Positions 38,893-50,025 of a DNA stretch of 60,725 bases are shown in pieces (within the stretch, counting starts at the first letter, position 1; the number at the start of each line of letters is the position of its first letter). The stretch comes from an uncultured Clostridia bacterium. Lineage in GTDB: Bacteria; Bacillota; Clostridia; TANB77; CAG-508. Location: contig CAQPRV010000013.1 of the NCBI GenBank assembly GCA_948857205.1, positions 1 through 60,725 on the forward strand, read 5' to 3'. The position numbers and the translations under genes are program-made. The notes under the pieces were generated by a model. The model was not told the DNA's origin. It did not search any database and saw only the letters and a list, made by a program, of their open reading frames with translations.

Positions 38893-39922
38893 TTAACTTG
38901 AACAATATCTACAAAGAATGCTTTCTAATCCAATTTGTAAATCAATATTACCATTTTTATAATTATAATCTAAATTTCTTAATTCTTGTAATATATCTTT
39001 TAACTCTTTTTCTGAAAAACTTTTTGCTTGAATTTTGTATTTATTTACTAAAAAAATTTGATTTGCTTTTAATCCAATACTATTAGCAATATCTTTATTA
39101 TAATTTATTGCTAATTTTGTAAAATATATTTTTTTAAAATGATTATATAATGTTATTAATATCTTTTGTATTGGTTCTTTTGAATATATTAAATTATTCA
39201 AAACTTTTAATGCTTTTGATATTTCCTTTTTTCCTAAATTATCTGTTAAATCAAATATTATACTTTCTATTTTTTTTATTGCTAATTTATCAATATCTTC
39301 TCTTTTTATTGTTCCGATTTTCTCCAGCATATTCTATTAATTTTCTAATCTCATTAATTAGTTCTTGCATATTAGTTCCGCAACATTCTATTAAATATTG
39401 TAAATCATTTTCTGATATTTGAACTTTATAACCATTACAAATTGACTTTAACCTTTTTATAATTTGAATTGGTTTTTGATACTGGAAATCACATACAGTA
39501 CCTATTTTATCAATTAATTTGTATATTTCTTGTTTTGTATCAGCTTCTTCTTCTATGAATACTATTACATTATCTTGTTTTATATTATCTATATTTTCAT
39601 TTAAATAATTTATTATTTTTTCTTTTAAATTATTAATTTCTATATTTTTTCTCTTTCCTTCTTTTTTGAATATACCTGTATTTCTTGCTATAATTAACTT
39701 TTTCTGATATCCAAATGCTGGTGTTTCTATATCTGAAATAATTTGATTAATATTTGTATCATCTATTAAAATAAAATTTATCCCTTTTATACATTCACCA
39801 AATAATTCTTTTATTTTTTTTAATGACATTTCAAGTAAAAATAATTCTTCTCCGTATAAAAGATACAAACTTTGTAAATTACCATTTTTTAGCTCTTTTT
39901 CTAAATTCTCAATTGTAACCAT
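38893..39922 (-). CDS. holA: DNA polymerase III delta subunit; frame interrupted at in-frame CGG (39314-39316)
   Basis: The N-terminal ORF (LYLLYGEELFLLE...) and C-terminal ORF (..IGTIKREDIDKL...) together give about 342 aa with HolA architecture. Skipping C39316 gives ...LIEYAGEN-G-TIKREDIDKL... Confidence 0.8.
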
Positions 39923-39935
39923 TTTTTTCTCCTAA

Positions 39936-41975
39936 TTAAACTGTCTTTAATATTATTCTAAAAATCTCTGCTACGCTCCAACCTTGGGCATATGCACCTT
40001 TAGGTAATTGTGGTTTTACAGAATCATATAATTCAGCTATGCTTCCTATGCAACCATTTTCTTGCATTTCTTTTTTAAAAGTTCTCTTTGTTTTATCCAC
40101 AAACTTATCTATTTTATTTTGTAGTTCACTCTTTACTGTTTTATCTTTTGTAACTCTTAATTGATTTTTTAATGTATTATAATATAGTCCTAAAAGCCAA
40201 GGCCATGTAATTCCCTGATGATAACTTGAATCCCTTTTAAAATTATCTCCATCATAAATATCAATATAATTTTCTTCATCTTTAGCTAAGGTTTTTAATC
40301 CATATGAATTTAATAACTTCTTTTCTACAGTTTTAATAATATTTTCCGCTTCTTCAGTGTCTAAATCAATTATTGGATAGGTTAAACTTAATGCAAATAA
40401 TTGATTTGGTCTTACTTTAGAGTCTCCCAAAACATCATATAAACATTTCTTTTTAGTATTATAAAATCTATTTTTAAATTCTCCTTTACATTTTTTAGCT
40501 ATTTGTCTAAATTTTCTCGCCTTATCTTTTTCATCAAACTTCAATGAAAAATCTTCCATTATTTTATTTGCATTATACCACATAGCATTTATCTCTACTG
40601 CTTTTCCATTTCTAGGAGTTATTGCTATTCCATTACATTTTGCATCCATCCAAGTATTTTGTGTATTCTCTGTTCCAGACACTAATAATCCATCTGAATC
40701 TAAATAAATATTATTATTATCCACATTAATTCCATTATAATAATTCTCTATTATTTTTTCTAAAGTATCATACATATTTTCTTTTATAAATTTATAATCG
40801 TTTGTATACTTAACAAATTTATAAATTGCTTCAAACAATAATAAGGATGCATCTGCACTATTATATAAAGGTCTATTATCATATCCCGAATATCCATTAG
40901 GTACTAATCCAAATTTAACATCTCTTGTCATTGTTAATAATACTTCTTTTGCAATTTCATACCTTTTAGTTATTAATAATAAGCCTTCAAAAGAAATTAA
41001 ACTATCTCTGCCCCAATCTAAAAACCATGGAAATCCTGCCATTAAAGTATGTAATCTAAAAGCTGGTCTATATGCTACAAAATTATCTGTCGCAATCAAA
41101 AACTCTTTTATTATATTATCATTTTCAATTTCACTTTTTGTTTTATTCTCTTTTTTATTGTCTATTAATTGTGAATTGTCAAATATTTCTTGTAATCTTT
41201 GTACCTCCTTATTTATTAACTCTTTAGCATTTATCTCCTCTATGTTTTCTTCTAAAGAGCATACAAATGTAATTTCTTTTTCTTGATTTGCTGGTATTTC
41301 GACTTCATATACACCTGGAACACTATGGTTTTCTTCAGGATAAAAACCTCTTTTTTCTTCCTCTATATAAAACATATTATTGAATGTATTATTTTGATGT
41401 TCTACATATTTTCCTTCTGTTAAATGCATATATATTGGTGTTTGTGAATTACCATCTATAACTAATTTTACCTTACTTTTATTTATATATTGTTTTATAT
41501 TAAAATAATGGTTTGTACTCATTGTATGAAAGTCTCTAAAATTAACAATTGGAGCTATTGTTAATTTTGCTTCATCTTTACCAGATTTTACCTTATAATA
41601 AACTGCTACAGTATTTTTTCCATATTCCATACATATAGCTTTTGTAATTTCTATATCTTCCACATTATATTTAAATATTGGAATATATTTTTTTTCAAAT
41701 TCTACTTGATTTTTATATCCTTGTGAAATATATCCTTTGCAAATATTTGTGTATAAATCATGTTTCTTACATTTTATTTCTATACTTTCATCTATTTTTG
41801 AGAGTACTAAAAATCTTCTTGCTGGAGGTGTTAATGGTGCTATTAATAATCCATGATATTTTCTAGTATTAGCACCAATTATTGTTGATGAACTGAATCC
41901 TCCTATACCATTTGTTATTAGCCATTCCTTATCTAATGCATTTTGTAATGTTAACTTTTCTTTTGTAAATTTCAT
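39936..41975 (-). CDS. Amylo-alpha-1,6-glucosidase / glycogen debranching enzyme family protein
   Basis: An N-terminal GDE_N-like beta domain and a C-terminal (alpha/alpha)6 GDE_C-like domain (GFPWFLDWGRDSLISFEGL, TWMDA, YHQGITWPWLLG). The start is placed at MKFTKEK after ggaggg. Confidence 0.8.
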   Translation of the reverse strand: MKFTKEKLTLQNALDKEWLITNGIGGFSSSTIIGANTRKYHGLLIAPLTPPARRFLVLSKIDESIEIKCKKHDLYTNICKGYISQGYKNQVEFEKKYIPIFKYNVEDIEITKAICMEYGKNTVAVYYKVKSGKDEAKLTIAPIVNFRDFHTMSTNHYFNIKQYINKSKVKLVIDGNSQTPIYMHLTEGKYVEHQNNTFNNMFYIEEEKRGFYPEENHSVPGVYEVEIPANQEKEITFVCSLEENIEEINAKELINKEVQRLQEIFDNSQLIDNKKENKTKSEIENDNIIKEFLIATDNFVAYRPAFRLHTLMAGFPWFLDWGRDSLISFEGLLLITKRYEIAKEVLLTMTRDVKFGLVPNGYSGYDNRPLYNSADASLLLFEAIYKFVKYTNDYKFIKENMYDTLEKIIENYYNGINVDNNNIYLDSDGLLVSGTENTQNTWMDAKCNGIAITPRNGKAVEINAMWYNANKIMEDFSLKFDEKDKARKFRQIAKKCKGEFKNRFYNTKKKCLYDVLGDSKVRPNQLFALSLTYPIIDLDTEEAENIIKTVEKKLLNSYGLKTLAKDEENYIDIYDGDNFKRDSSYHQGITWPWLLGLYYNTLKNQLRVTKDKTVKSELQNKIDKFVDKTKRTFKKEMQENGCIGSIAELYDSVKPQLPKGAYAQGWSVAEIFRIILKTV

Positions 41976-42014
41976 ATTTCCCTCCATCATTTTAATATCT
42001 TTTTATTTTTAAAT

Positions 42015-43529
42015 TTACATACTTCCATCTTTATAATTTTCAAATTTTCCTCTTGCATCTGCTTGCTTTATTGAAGCTATTCTATCACTATATTTATTTG
42101 TAAATTTACTTTTTTCTTTATCATTATCAAATCTTTTTCCTTTTTTCTCTTGCTTTATGTTTTTTTCCCTTCTTAACATATCTCTCTTTATTTTGTTTAT
42201 TTTTTTATCTTGTCTTAATTTATTACTTAACATTACATATTGTGGGTCATTTTGCTTATCTTGATATTTTAAATCATCACATACTAACTCAATAATAGCT
42301 GATGCAACTAGATTAGGGTCATGACGTATTAAATCTTTTTGCACCATTGATAAATTTCTTTGTAAAAATTTTATTCCTTTTACTTTATTTAAATCTTGAT
42401 CAACTAAGTCTTGTCCCTCTAGATTATATCTTCTAATAAATTCTGGAATAATTTCTCCTGTATCATATACACAATAATCTACTATTCCTTTTCCACAATG
42501 GTCTATAATTGCATTTAAATGATCTGATACACTATAATTATCTGTTTGACCTTGCTCAGTCATAATATTACTTACATATATTTTAATTGCTGAACTTTCT
42601 TTTATTGCTTTTGCAACTCCATTTACTAATAAATTTGGTATTACATTTGTATATAAACTTCCTGGACCTATTACAATACAATCTGCCTTTTTTATAGCTT
42701 CAAGTACTCCTGGTGCTGGTCTACAATTTGCTGGATCTAGTAATATTCTATTTATTTTTGTTATCTTTTCAGATACTATTTCTGGAATTTTTGCTTTTTC
42801 TTTTACTATATATCCATTCGCAAGTTCTGCTAAAATCTTCATCTCATCTAATGTTACTGGTAAAACTTTTCCAACCATATTTAATACTTCACTACTTTTT
42901 GTTATTGAATCTTCAAAGTTTCCATGGATTTCTTTCATTGCTGAAAAGAATATGTCAGAAAAATTTATTCCTTCTAATCTTCCTTTTTTAAATTCATAAT
43001 CAAATAATCTCTTTATTTCTTCTTTTTTAGTAGATAATGATATTATACTTTCCTTTACATCACCTAATGGTAATAATTCTAACTCTTTTCTTGAATCTGT
43101 TGCTTTTTCACCATAGTCAGATATTGTTACTATTGCAGTTACATTACTTGTGTAGTTTTTTAATCCTGTTAAAACCGTATTTAGCCCTGTTCCTCCTCCG
43201 ATTACAACTATATTAGGTCCTTCATTATATACAGTTTTATTAAATATTAATGAATTAACATTAACATTTTTTCTATTTTCCATTCTTTTATCTGTTGATT
43301 CTATTAATACTTCTAATGTTCTTTTGTTTAAAAATATTAACCCTGTAATAATAGAAATAAATCCTATTACAAATATTGCTATTACTTTTGCTACTTCTTC
43401 AAATGAGATTTCTTTCATTACTAATATTTCTGCTAATCCATAACATGCTAAAATTATTCCTAATAATATTAATAACATCCATCTTTTCATTTTATTACTT
43501 GATTTAAACCAATGTAAAAATCCTTTCAT
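42015..43529 (-). CDS. yvcK: YvcK-family (UPF0052/CofD-like) protein with N-terminal TM segments and Lys-rich C-terminal tail
   Basis: IVVIGGGTGLNTVLTGLKNYTSNVTAIVTISDYGE and IVIGPGSLYTNVIPNLLV motifs. Two hydrophobic helices precede the domain, and a basic extension of about 90 aa follows it. Confidence 0.8.
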   Translation of the reverse strand: MKGFLHWFKSSNKMKRWMLLILLGIILACYGLAEILVMKEISFEEVAKVIAIFVIGFISIITGLIFLNKRTLEVLIESTDKRMENRKNVNVNSLIFNKTVYNEGPNIVVIGGGTGLNTVLTGLKNYTSNVTAIVTISDYGEKATDSRKELELLPLGDVKESIISLSTKKEEIKRLFDYEFKKGRLEGINFSDIFFSAMKEIHGNFEDSITKSSEVLNMVGKVLPVTLDEMKILAELANGYIVKEKAKIPEIVSEKITKINRILLDPANCRPAPGVLEAIKKADCIVIGPGSLYTNVIPNLLVNGVAKAIKESSAIKIYVSNIMTEQGQTDNYSVSDHLNAIIDHCGKGIVDYCVYDTGEIIPEFIRRYNLEGQDLVDQDLNKVKGIKFLQRNLSMVQKDLIRHDPNLVASAIIELVCDDLKYQDKQNDPQYVMLSNKLRQDKKINKIKRDMLRREKNIKQEKKGKRFDNDKEKSKFTNKYSDRIASIKQADARGKFENYKDGSM

Positions 43530-43578
43530 CTATCTTTCTTCCTTTCGTAAACTAAAATATAAATAATAATTTGTTTTA

Positions 43579-44493
43579 TTATTTAATAATTTCTATTTCT
43601 AGCTCTATATCTTTATTAAACTTAATCTTTATTTCCTTTTTGATATGTTCTGTTAATTTCAATACATCTTCTGCTGTTGCTTCACCAGTGTTTATTATAA
43701 ATCCACAATGTTTTGTTGACACTTTTGCCCCTCCTATTTCATATCCTTTTAATCCTGCGTCATCTATCAATTTTGCAGTGATAAAATCTTCTCCTCTTTT
43801 AAAAGTACTACCAGCACTTGGATATTCTATAGGTTGTTTTTCTATTCTATATTGTTTATAAGCATCCATCTTGCCTTTTATTTCTTCTTTTTTTCCTTTT
43901 TTTAATACAAGTGTTATTTCTGTTATTATATATTTTTTATTTTTAAATTTACTTGTTCTATATCCAAACTCTAATTGTTCTTGTAAAAATTCATATTTAT
44001 TGCATTCATAATCTATACATTTTACTGTTTTTACTATATCTTTAATCTCTTTTCCATGTGCACCTGCATTCATAAAAATAGCTCCACCAACTGTTCCTGG
44101 TATACCTGATAATTCTTCGAATCCTTCTATTTCTTCTTTTAATAAGATATGTGCAAGTTTACTCATTTTTGTGCCTGATCCAACTACAATTTCTATATTA
44201 TCTTTTTTTCTTTCTATTTTTATATTTTCTATTCTATTTAATATTACTATTCCTCTAATTCCTTTGTCCGTTACTAATATGTTACTTCCATTTCCTATTA
44301 TTGTTGTTTCTATTTTTTCTTTATTAGCAAATTCTAATAATTCTTTTAATTCTTCTTCATTTGTTATTTTTATTAGGCTTTCTGCTATTCCTCCTATTTT
44401 AAATGTTGTATATTTTTTCATTGGCTCATCAAAAATAATATTGTTTTTATCTATTTTAATATTAGATTCTAAAATTAATTTTTTTAGTTCCAA
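43579..44493 (-). CDS. murB: UDP-N-acetylenolpyruvoylglucosamine reductase
   Basis: TFKIGG, GNGSNILV, GIPGTVGGAIFMNAGAHG, PSAGSTFK and GGAKVSTKHCGFIIN motifs. Confidence 0.9.
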   Translation of the reverse strand: MELKKLILESNIKIDKNNIIFDEPMKKYTTFKIGGIAESLIKITNEEELKELLEFANKEKIETTIIGNGSNILVTDKGIRGIVILNRIENIKIERKKDNIEIVVGSGTKMSKLAHILLKEEIEGFEELSGIPGTVGGAIFMNAGAHGKEIKDIVKTVKCIDYECNKYEFLQEQLEFGYRTSKFKNKKYIITEITLVLKKGKKEEIKGKMDAYKQYRIEKQPIEYPSAGSTFKRGEDFITAKLIDDAGLKGYEIGGAKVSTKHCGFIINTGEATAEDVLKLTEHIKKEIKIKFNKDIELEIEIIK

Positions 44494-44748
44494 TGTTTCA
44501 CTTCCTTTTTTATTTTATTATATTTTTTATATTTTATATAATACTTCTTTTATAAAAGTTTATATCACTATATCATATAATTTTAAAAAAATCTACATTA
44601 AATTATGTATATACTAGATTTACTTATATATTTTTTATATTCCTTCATATGTATAAAAAAATGACTCCAATATAGGAGGCATTTTTTTATTATATCTTAT
44701 TTTCATTTCTAACTATATATTACTATATTGTGTTGAGATTATATATAA

Positions 44749-45564
44749 CTAAAAAATCTCAAGCTTATTTGCCATAGTAATATTAGCTGATATAGGGATT
44801 TCTATATCCATACTCTCATTGCTTAACAATGGTTCTATTACTATTTGAAATTCCATTTCAACATTACCTGAAAATTTTAACGTTACTTCTTGTTGATTTT
44901 CTTTATTTTCTTGTGTTATATTTGTTACTTTACTTTTAAAAATAGTCTCTTTCTTTTTTGAGTCATATACTAAAGATATATCACTAAATTTTAGACCATT
45001 TGTTTCTTTATTATTTATTACATCTTCTCTTTTATTATTTATTGTTCCATCTTGATTTAGTTCTATTCCTTCATTGTCTCTTCTTTCATATTCAGCAGTT
45101 TTTAAATTATCATATTCATCTATTATTGGTTCTAATTCTTTTTCTTTATCTCTAATACTTTTTAATTCATTTTTTTGCTCTGTACTACATCTAAGGTTTA
45201 TAAATTCTTCTATTTTAGATATATATTCATCAGAAATTTTTCTCTTTTCATCTTTATTTCCATTTTGTACTGCTTCTGTCATTCTTCTTTGATAGTCTCT
45301 TAACTCATTTCTTTCATCCTCTGAAAATTCAATTTCAATATAATTTTGAATTAGATTTTCTTCTTGTTCTTCTAGCTTTCTATATTCTTGTAGTTTGCCA
45401 TAATAGTATTCTTCATTTTCAATTCCACCAATCATACCTTCTTCTATTTCTTCTAGTGGTTCTTTATTTTTACTATTGTTATCAATTATTTTGTAAATTA
45501 AAATACCTATTAAAACTATTATAAAAATTAAAATTATTGTTATTATTATTTTTTTATTTTTCAC
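44749..45564 (-). CDS. Hypothetical membrane-anchored, Glu/Lys-rich protein
   Basis: 271-aa ORF with an N-terminal TM helix. No recognisable domain. Confidence 0.4.
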   Translation of the reverse strand: MKNKKIIITIILIFIIVLIGILIYKIIDNNSKNKEPLEEIEEGMIGGIENEEYYYGKLQEYRKLEEQEENLIQNYIEIEFSEDERNELRDYQRRMTEAVQNGNKDEKRKISDEYISKIEEFINLRCSTEQKNELKSIRDKEKELEPIIDEYDNLKTAEYERRDNEGIELNQDGTINNKREDVINNKETNGLKFSDISLVYDSKKKETIFKSKVTNITQENKENQQEVTLKFSGNVEMEFQIVIEPLLSNESMDIEIPISANITMANKLEIF

Positions 45565-45834
45565 ATTACCCTCCTATAATAGTATAACTTTAAAATTTTT
45601 TATACTATATTATACTTTTTACTTTTGCTCTTTTATCTTACAATTAATTATTTTTACATTTATATACTACCATATTAAATATTTTTTATCAATATTTTTT
45701 AATATTTAAATTTCTACTTTTTGTATTAAATATAATAAACCATTAAATTTAAAATTATCAAAATTGTGAATATTAATATAAATTATTCATATTATTTTTT
45801 AAAAATCATATATATTAAAAAATGAGGTGTAATA

Positions 45835-46890
45835 ATGATTTTAAAGCAAAATTTTTATGCAATAAAACTAAAAAGAAATATTTTGCCAATTATTTTTTTA
45901 TTATTTACAATTGGTTTATTACTTTTCTCCAATAGCAACTTACCAGCTGTAAAATCTGGTCTTACACTATGGGCAACTTCTGTTATTCCTTCATTATTTC
46001 CTTTTTTTGTAGCAACAGAATTATTAATGCATACAAATATTGTAAATATATTGGGTAAATTTTTAAATAAATTTATGAAACCTATTTTTAATATTCGTGG
46101 AGAAGGGGCATTTGCATTTGTAATGGGTTTAATAAGTGGTTATCCAATTGGAGCTAAAATTGCTATTAATTTTAGAAATAATAATATATGTACTAAAGAA
46201 GAATGTGAAAGACTTTTGAGCTTTACTAATAATTCTGGTCCACTATTTATTATTGGAACTGTGGGAATTTTAATGTTTAAAAATTCTACTATTGGATTAT
46301 TACTATTTATAACACATTTATTAGCATGTGTTACAGTAGGTTTTATTTTTAGATTTTGGAAAAAAAACATACATAATACACTTAATACTAAAAATGTAAA
46401 TCCTAATTATACTAAAAAATATGTAAAAATATCTAATTTAGGAGAAATTTTGGCCGAAAGTATCAATAGTAGTATTTCAACTCTTTTGTTAATAGGTGGA
46501 TTTGTTGTCTTGTTTTCTAGTATTATTTCTATTTGCAAATCTAGTGGTATTTTAAATTTTATAGAATATTTCTTTACACCATTTTTTAATTTGGCTAATC
46601 TTGACACTAGTTTTATAAAACCTCTATTTACTGGTTTTTTGGAGATAACAAATGGTATTAATGTAATATCAAGTATTGCTTGTAAGAAACTTTCGATTAA
46701 CATTATCCTTTGTGCATTTTTATTAGGTTTTGGAGGAATCTCTGTGCTTTTACAGGTTTTTAGTATTACTTCTAAAAGTGATTTATCTATTAAACCATAT
46801 ATTTATGGTAAGTTATTACAAGGTATACTTTCAAGTTTTTATACATATATTTTTATAAATGTTTTTCCATTTTTTAATTTTGATATATAA
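45835..46890 (+). CDS. ylbJ: Sporulation integral membrane protein YlbJ-like (nucleoside-recognition/Gate domains)
   Basis: LWATSVIPSLFPFFVATELL...MKPIFNIRGEGAFAFVMGLISGYPIGAKI resembles YlbJ. Polytopic. RBS gaggtg lies upstream. Confidence 0.7.
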   Translation: MILKQNFYAIKLKRNILPIIFLLFTIGLLLFSNSNLPAVKSGLTLWATSVIPSLFPFFVATELLMHTNIVNILGKFLNKFMKPIFNIRGEGAFAFVMGLISGYPIGAKIAINFRNNNICTKEECERLLSFTNNSGPLFIIGTVGILMFKNSTIGLLLFITHLLACVTVGFIFRFWKKNIHNTLNTKNVNPNYTKKYVKISNLGEILAESINSSISTLLLIGGFVVLFSSIISICKSSGILNFIEYFFTPFFNLANLDTSFIKPLFTGFLEITNGINVISSIACKKLSINIILCAFLLGFGGISVLLQVFSITSKSDLSIKPYIYGKLLQGILSSFYTYIFINVFPFFNFDI

Positions 46891-46901
46891 AGGAGATTTT
46901 T

Positions 46902-47141
46902 ATGGATAGAGAATTAAATTATCAACCACCATTTATGGATTATAATTTTCCTCCAAATGGTATGGATATGAATGAATTATATAAAGATCCAATGTTTAAT
47001 CCTATTATGCAATATGAGCAGGCTTATAGTTATTATCGTTATTTGTGTATGCAAATGGATTATAAAATAAAGTGTAAAGAATATGAAAAAATGTGTAACT
47101 CTTCACATTCTAACATTGAAAGAAATAGAAAAGTAGAATAA
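46902..47141 (+). CDS. Small hypothetical protein (79 aa, Met/Tyr/Pro-rich)
   Basis: ORF 11 nt after ylbJ with RBS aaggag. No recognisable domain. Confidence 0.35.
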   Translation: MDRELNYQPPFMDYNFPPNGMDMNELYKDPMFNPIMQYEQAYSYYRYLCMQMDYKIKCKEYEKMCNSSHSNIERNRKVE

Positions 47142-47371
47142 TAAATGTTCTAAAAATTTTCAAAAATATTATTTTAAATAAAGGAAATCCATTACAAATT
47201 CAAATTGTATATTTATTTAAATTTAATTAAGAATGATTAAAAACTCTCTGGGATCAAATTTAAATTAATATATAATATAAATTTTTAATGAATTTCCTTA
47301 TTTAGAATAAAGAACATATAAGAAAATCAAAAATTTTATTTTCAAAAGATATAATGGATTTATAATATTAA

Positions 47372-49171
47372 CTATTGTTTCTCATTAACTATATTAAGAA
47401 CAATATAATTTGCTAATCCATTTTCATCATAGTCTATTTTTATATTGTAAACTTTATCTGAATTCTTTTCTAAGAACTCTATAAGTTGTTTTACTACATC
47501 ATCATTAGAATTACTCTTCAATTTTACTAATTTAATCTTTAATTCTGTATCAGATATAATATCTATTTTATTAATATTTCCTTTTATCGCATTTATTGCA
47601 GTAATAATGTCTTTTCCTTTTAAGTTTTCTCCTTGTAAAATGTCAAACTGAGAATTATATCTATCTCTTTCAGCATCAGTCACACCAATAGGCTGAATCT
47701 CTTGAATATCTCTTTTTATACCTAGAACCTTTAATATACTTACAAAATCCTCTCTCTCATTATTCACAAAAGTAGTGTCAATTTTTTGATTAAGTGCTAT
47801 TTTTATTCTATTTACCAATTCTTTAGTTGCTTCCTTATCTAAATCATTTATTTTTATTGCGTTATTATTATTTATTTTTGGCAAGTCTATTAATTTATCT
47901 GTTAGATTAATTTTTTGTTCAATATCTGTTTCAATTTTATTTGTCCCATACTCATATTTCATAACAAAGTTGTTTTTTATATTTTCTTCATTAACTGATG
48001 TTGTTTTTGAAATATTAAAATCTTTTATTTTTCCATCAATATTTTCATTCATATTAAACTCTATAGAATTTTCATTACAATTTAAAGTATATATTTTAGT
48101 TTCAACAGTATCAATTTTTTGAATTTTATATTGCATATAATTATTTTGTAGAAAATCTAAATATATTTCATATTCTAAATATTTAATTTTTGTTCTAACT
48201 GTTTGCTTATTATGTGTATATACAACTATTTGAGTTTCTTCTTGACCAATATTAGTTTTATTAATTTTTTGAATAGTTTTATCTATATTTTTAATAAAGT
48301 CTTCCTTTAAATTAATTTTTTCATTCCAATTTAAAATTAAATTATATGAACTCAATATTTTATTTATATTATCTAATTTTGAAAGAATTATATCATCTTG
48401 TTTTAATCCTTCTAAGAATTTCAAATAAATATTATTTATTTCTTCTTTAGTTAAAGTCAATGTATATGCTATTGTTTTTAATTCTTGTTCATTAACTGTA
48501 ATCATCTCATTTTTTTTCTTTGTAACTTTTCCTATTTGAAATTGTGATTCTAAAAGTTTTCTATATTTATCATACAATACACTTTTTTCTTCATCTGAAA
48601 ATTTCATAATTTCATTTAATTCTTCTAAATCTTGCATACTATCAGGAAAATTTACATCTTGTCCTTCATCTGAATTTAAATCTTGATATATATCTTTTAA
48701 ATTATAATTATCTACTAATATATATTGATAAAATAAGTCTGAAAATTTAATTCCATAAGTATTATTATCTCTAACAAATTCAAATTTCATTTTTTCTTTA
48801 TTTTTTCCATCTAATATCTTAATGTTTTGGAAGTTGTATTTGGCTTGTTTATCAACCTTTCCTTCTAATGATAAAGTATATTCATTAATAGCATTTTTTG
48901 TATTTTCTGAACTAGTTCCTGCATTTTTTGTATAATTTATTTTTATGTCAGTTTTACTAGTATATTTTTTATCTTCTAAAAGATTCACTTTAAATTTATC
49001 ACTTATATTGTTTATGTTATCAGCATTTTGCATCATATATTTTACTAATAATGTTCTACTTGATTTAAATGTATCTGTTTTTGTGTACAATACATATATA
49101 ATTATTACACATATTAATAAAACTAGGGTTATCGCTGCACATATTATAGCTATTCTTTTTTTTCTAGGCAT
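47372..49171 (-). CDS. Hypothetical membrane-anchored protein (599 aa)
   Basis: Long ORF with an N-terminal TM helix. No recognisable domain. Confidence 0.4.
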   Translation of the reverse strand: MPRKKRIAIICAAITLVLLICVIIIYVLYTKTDTFKSSRTLLVKYMMQNADNINNISDKFKVNLLEDKKYTSKTDIKINYTKNAGTSSENTKNAINEYTLSLEGKVDKQAKYNFQNIKILDGKNKEKMKFEFVRDNNTYGIKFSDLFYQYILVDNYNLKDIYQDLNSDEGQDVNFPDSMQDLEELNEIMKFSDEEKSVLYDKYRKLLESQFQIGKVTKKKNEMITVNEQELKTIAYTLTLTKEEINNIYLKFLEGLKQDDIILSKLDNINKILSSYNLILNWNEKINLKEDFIKNIDKTIQKINKTNIGQEETQIVVYTHNKQTVRTKIKYLEYEIYLDFLQNNYMQYKIQKIDTVETKIYTLNCNENSIEFNMNENIDGKIKDFNISKTTSVNEENIKNNFVMKYEYGTNKIETDIEQKINLTDKLIDLPKINNNNAIKINDLDKEATKELVNRIKIALNQKIDTTFVNNEREDFVSILKVLGIKRDIQEIQPIGVTDAERDRYNSQFDILQGENLKGKDIITAINAIKGNINKIDIISDTELKIKLVKLKSNSNDDVVKQLIEFLEKNSDKVYNIKIDYDENGLANYIVLNIVNEKQ

Positions 49172-49185
49172 TTGTATTCCTCCTA

Positions 49186-50007
49186 CTATTTTTTTATTTT
49201 CATCTTTTGTTTAACTGCTTCATATACAATTATTCCTGTAGATACTGAAGCATTTAATGATGTTACTTTTCCGTTCATTGGAATTTTAACTAAAAAGTCA
49301 CAATTTTTTCTAACTTTATCACTTATTCCGTTTCCTTCATTTCCAATTACAATTCCAATTGCTCCTTTTAAATCCTGATTATAATAAAATTTTTCTGCAT
49401 TTATATCTGTTCCACATATCCATAAACCCTCTTTTTTAAGCTTTTCAATTGCATCAGATATATTTGTTACTCTTGCAATTTTCATATGTTCAACTGCTCC
49501 ACATGATACCTTATTAACTGTACTATTTACTGATGCTGCTCTTCTCTTTGGAATTATAATTCCATGTACTCCTGCTGTTTCAGCAGTTCTTATTATTGAG
49601 CCTAAATTATGGGGATCTTCTATACCATCTAATATTAAAACAAAGGGATCTTCTTGCTTTTTATTTGCTTCTTCAATTATGTCTTCTATTTCACAATATT
49701 CAAACGGTGGTACAATTGCAATTACACCTTGGTAATTTTCTGTTTGTGCTATTTGATCCATTTGTCTTTTGTCTTTTTCAATAAGCATAACTTTTCTTTC
49801 TTTTGCAATTGCAATTATTTTATTTATTGAACCATGTTTTTCTCCTCTTGTTATAAAAATTTTATTTATATCTTTTCCACTTTCTAACAATTCTAAAATC
49901 GAATTTCTACCTTCCACTTGGTCATCATAGATTTTTTCTTCCTTAATTTTAAAATCCTGAACTTTTGTGTTTTTATTATAAGCTTGTTTTTTATAATCTT
50001 TTCCCAT
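49186..50007 (-). CDS. rlmB: 23S rRNA (guanosine-2'-O)-methyltransferase, SpoU/TrmH family
   Basis: GRNSILELLESG (SpoU_sub_bind) plus the LDGIEDPHNLGSIIRTA, VIGNEG.GIS and IPM.G.V.SLNASV motifs. Confidence 0.85.
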   Translation of the reverse strand: MGKDYKKQAYNKNTKVQDFKIKEEKIYDDQVEGRNSILELLESGKDINKIFITRGEKHGSINKIIAIAKERKVMLIEKDKRQMDQIAQTENYQGVIAIVPPFEYCEIEDIIEEANKKQEDPFVLILDGIEDPHNLGSIIRTAETAGVHGIIIPKRRAASVNSTVNKVSCGAVEHMKIARVTNISDAIEKLKKEGLWICGTDINAEKFYYNQDLKGAIGIVIGNEGNGISDKVRKNCDFLVKIPMNGKVTSLNASVSTGIIVYEAVKQKMKIKK

Positions 50008-50025
50008 TTTACACCCTTTCTATTT

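Noticed and set aside
39305-39325. The holA break explained as a simple homopolymer (A-run) error.
   Set aside because: This is possible for the site in isolation. However, the permissive window also contains an in-frame CGG with exactly the geometry of the other four sites, three of which are pinned to the C by alignment. The A-run explanation is retained only as an alternative in the finding.
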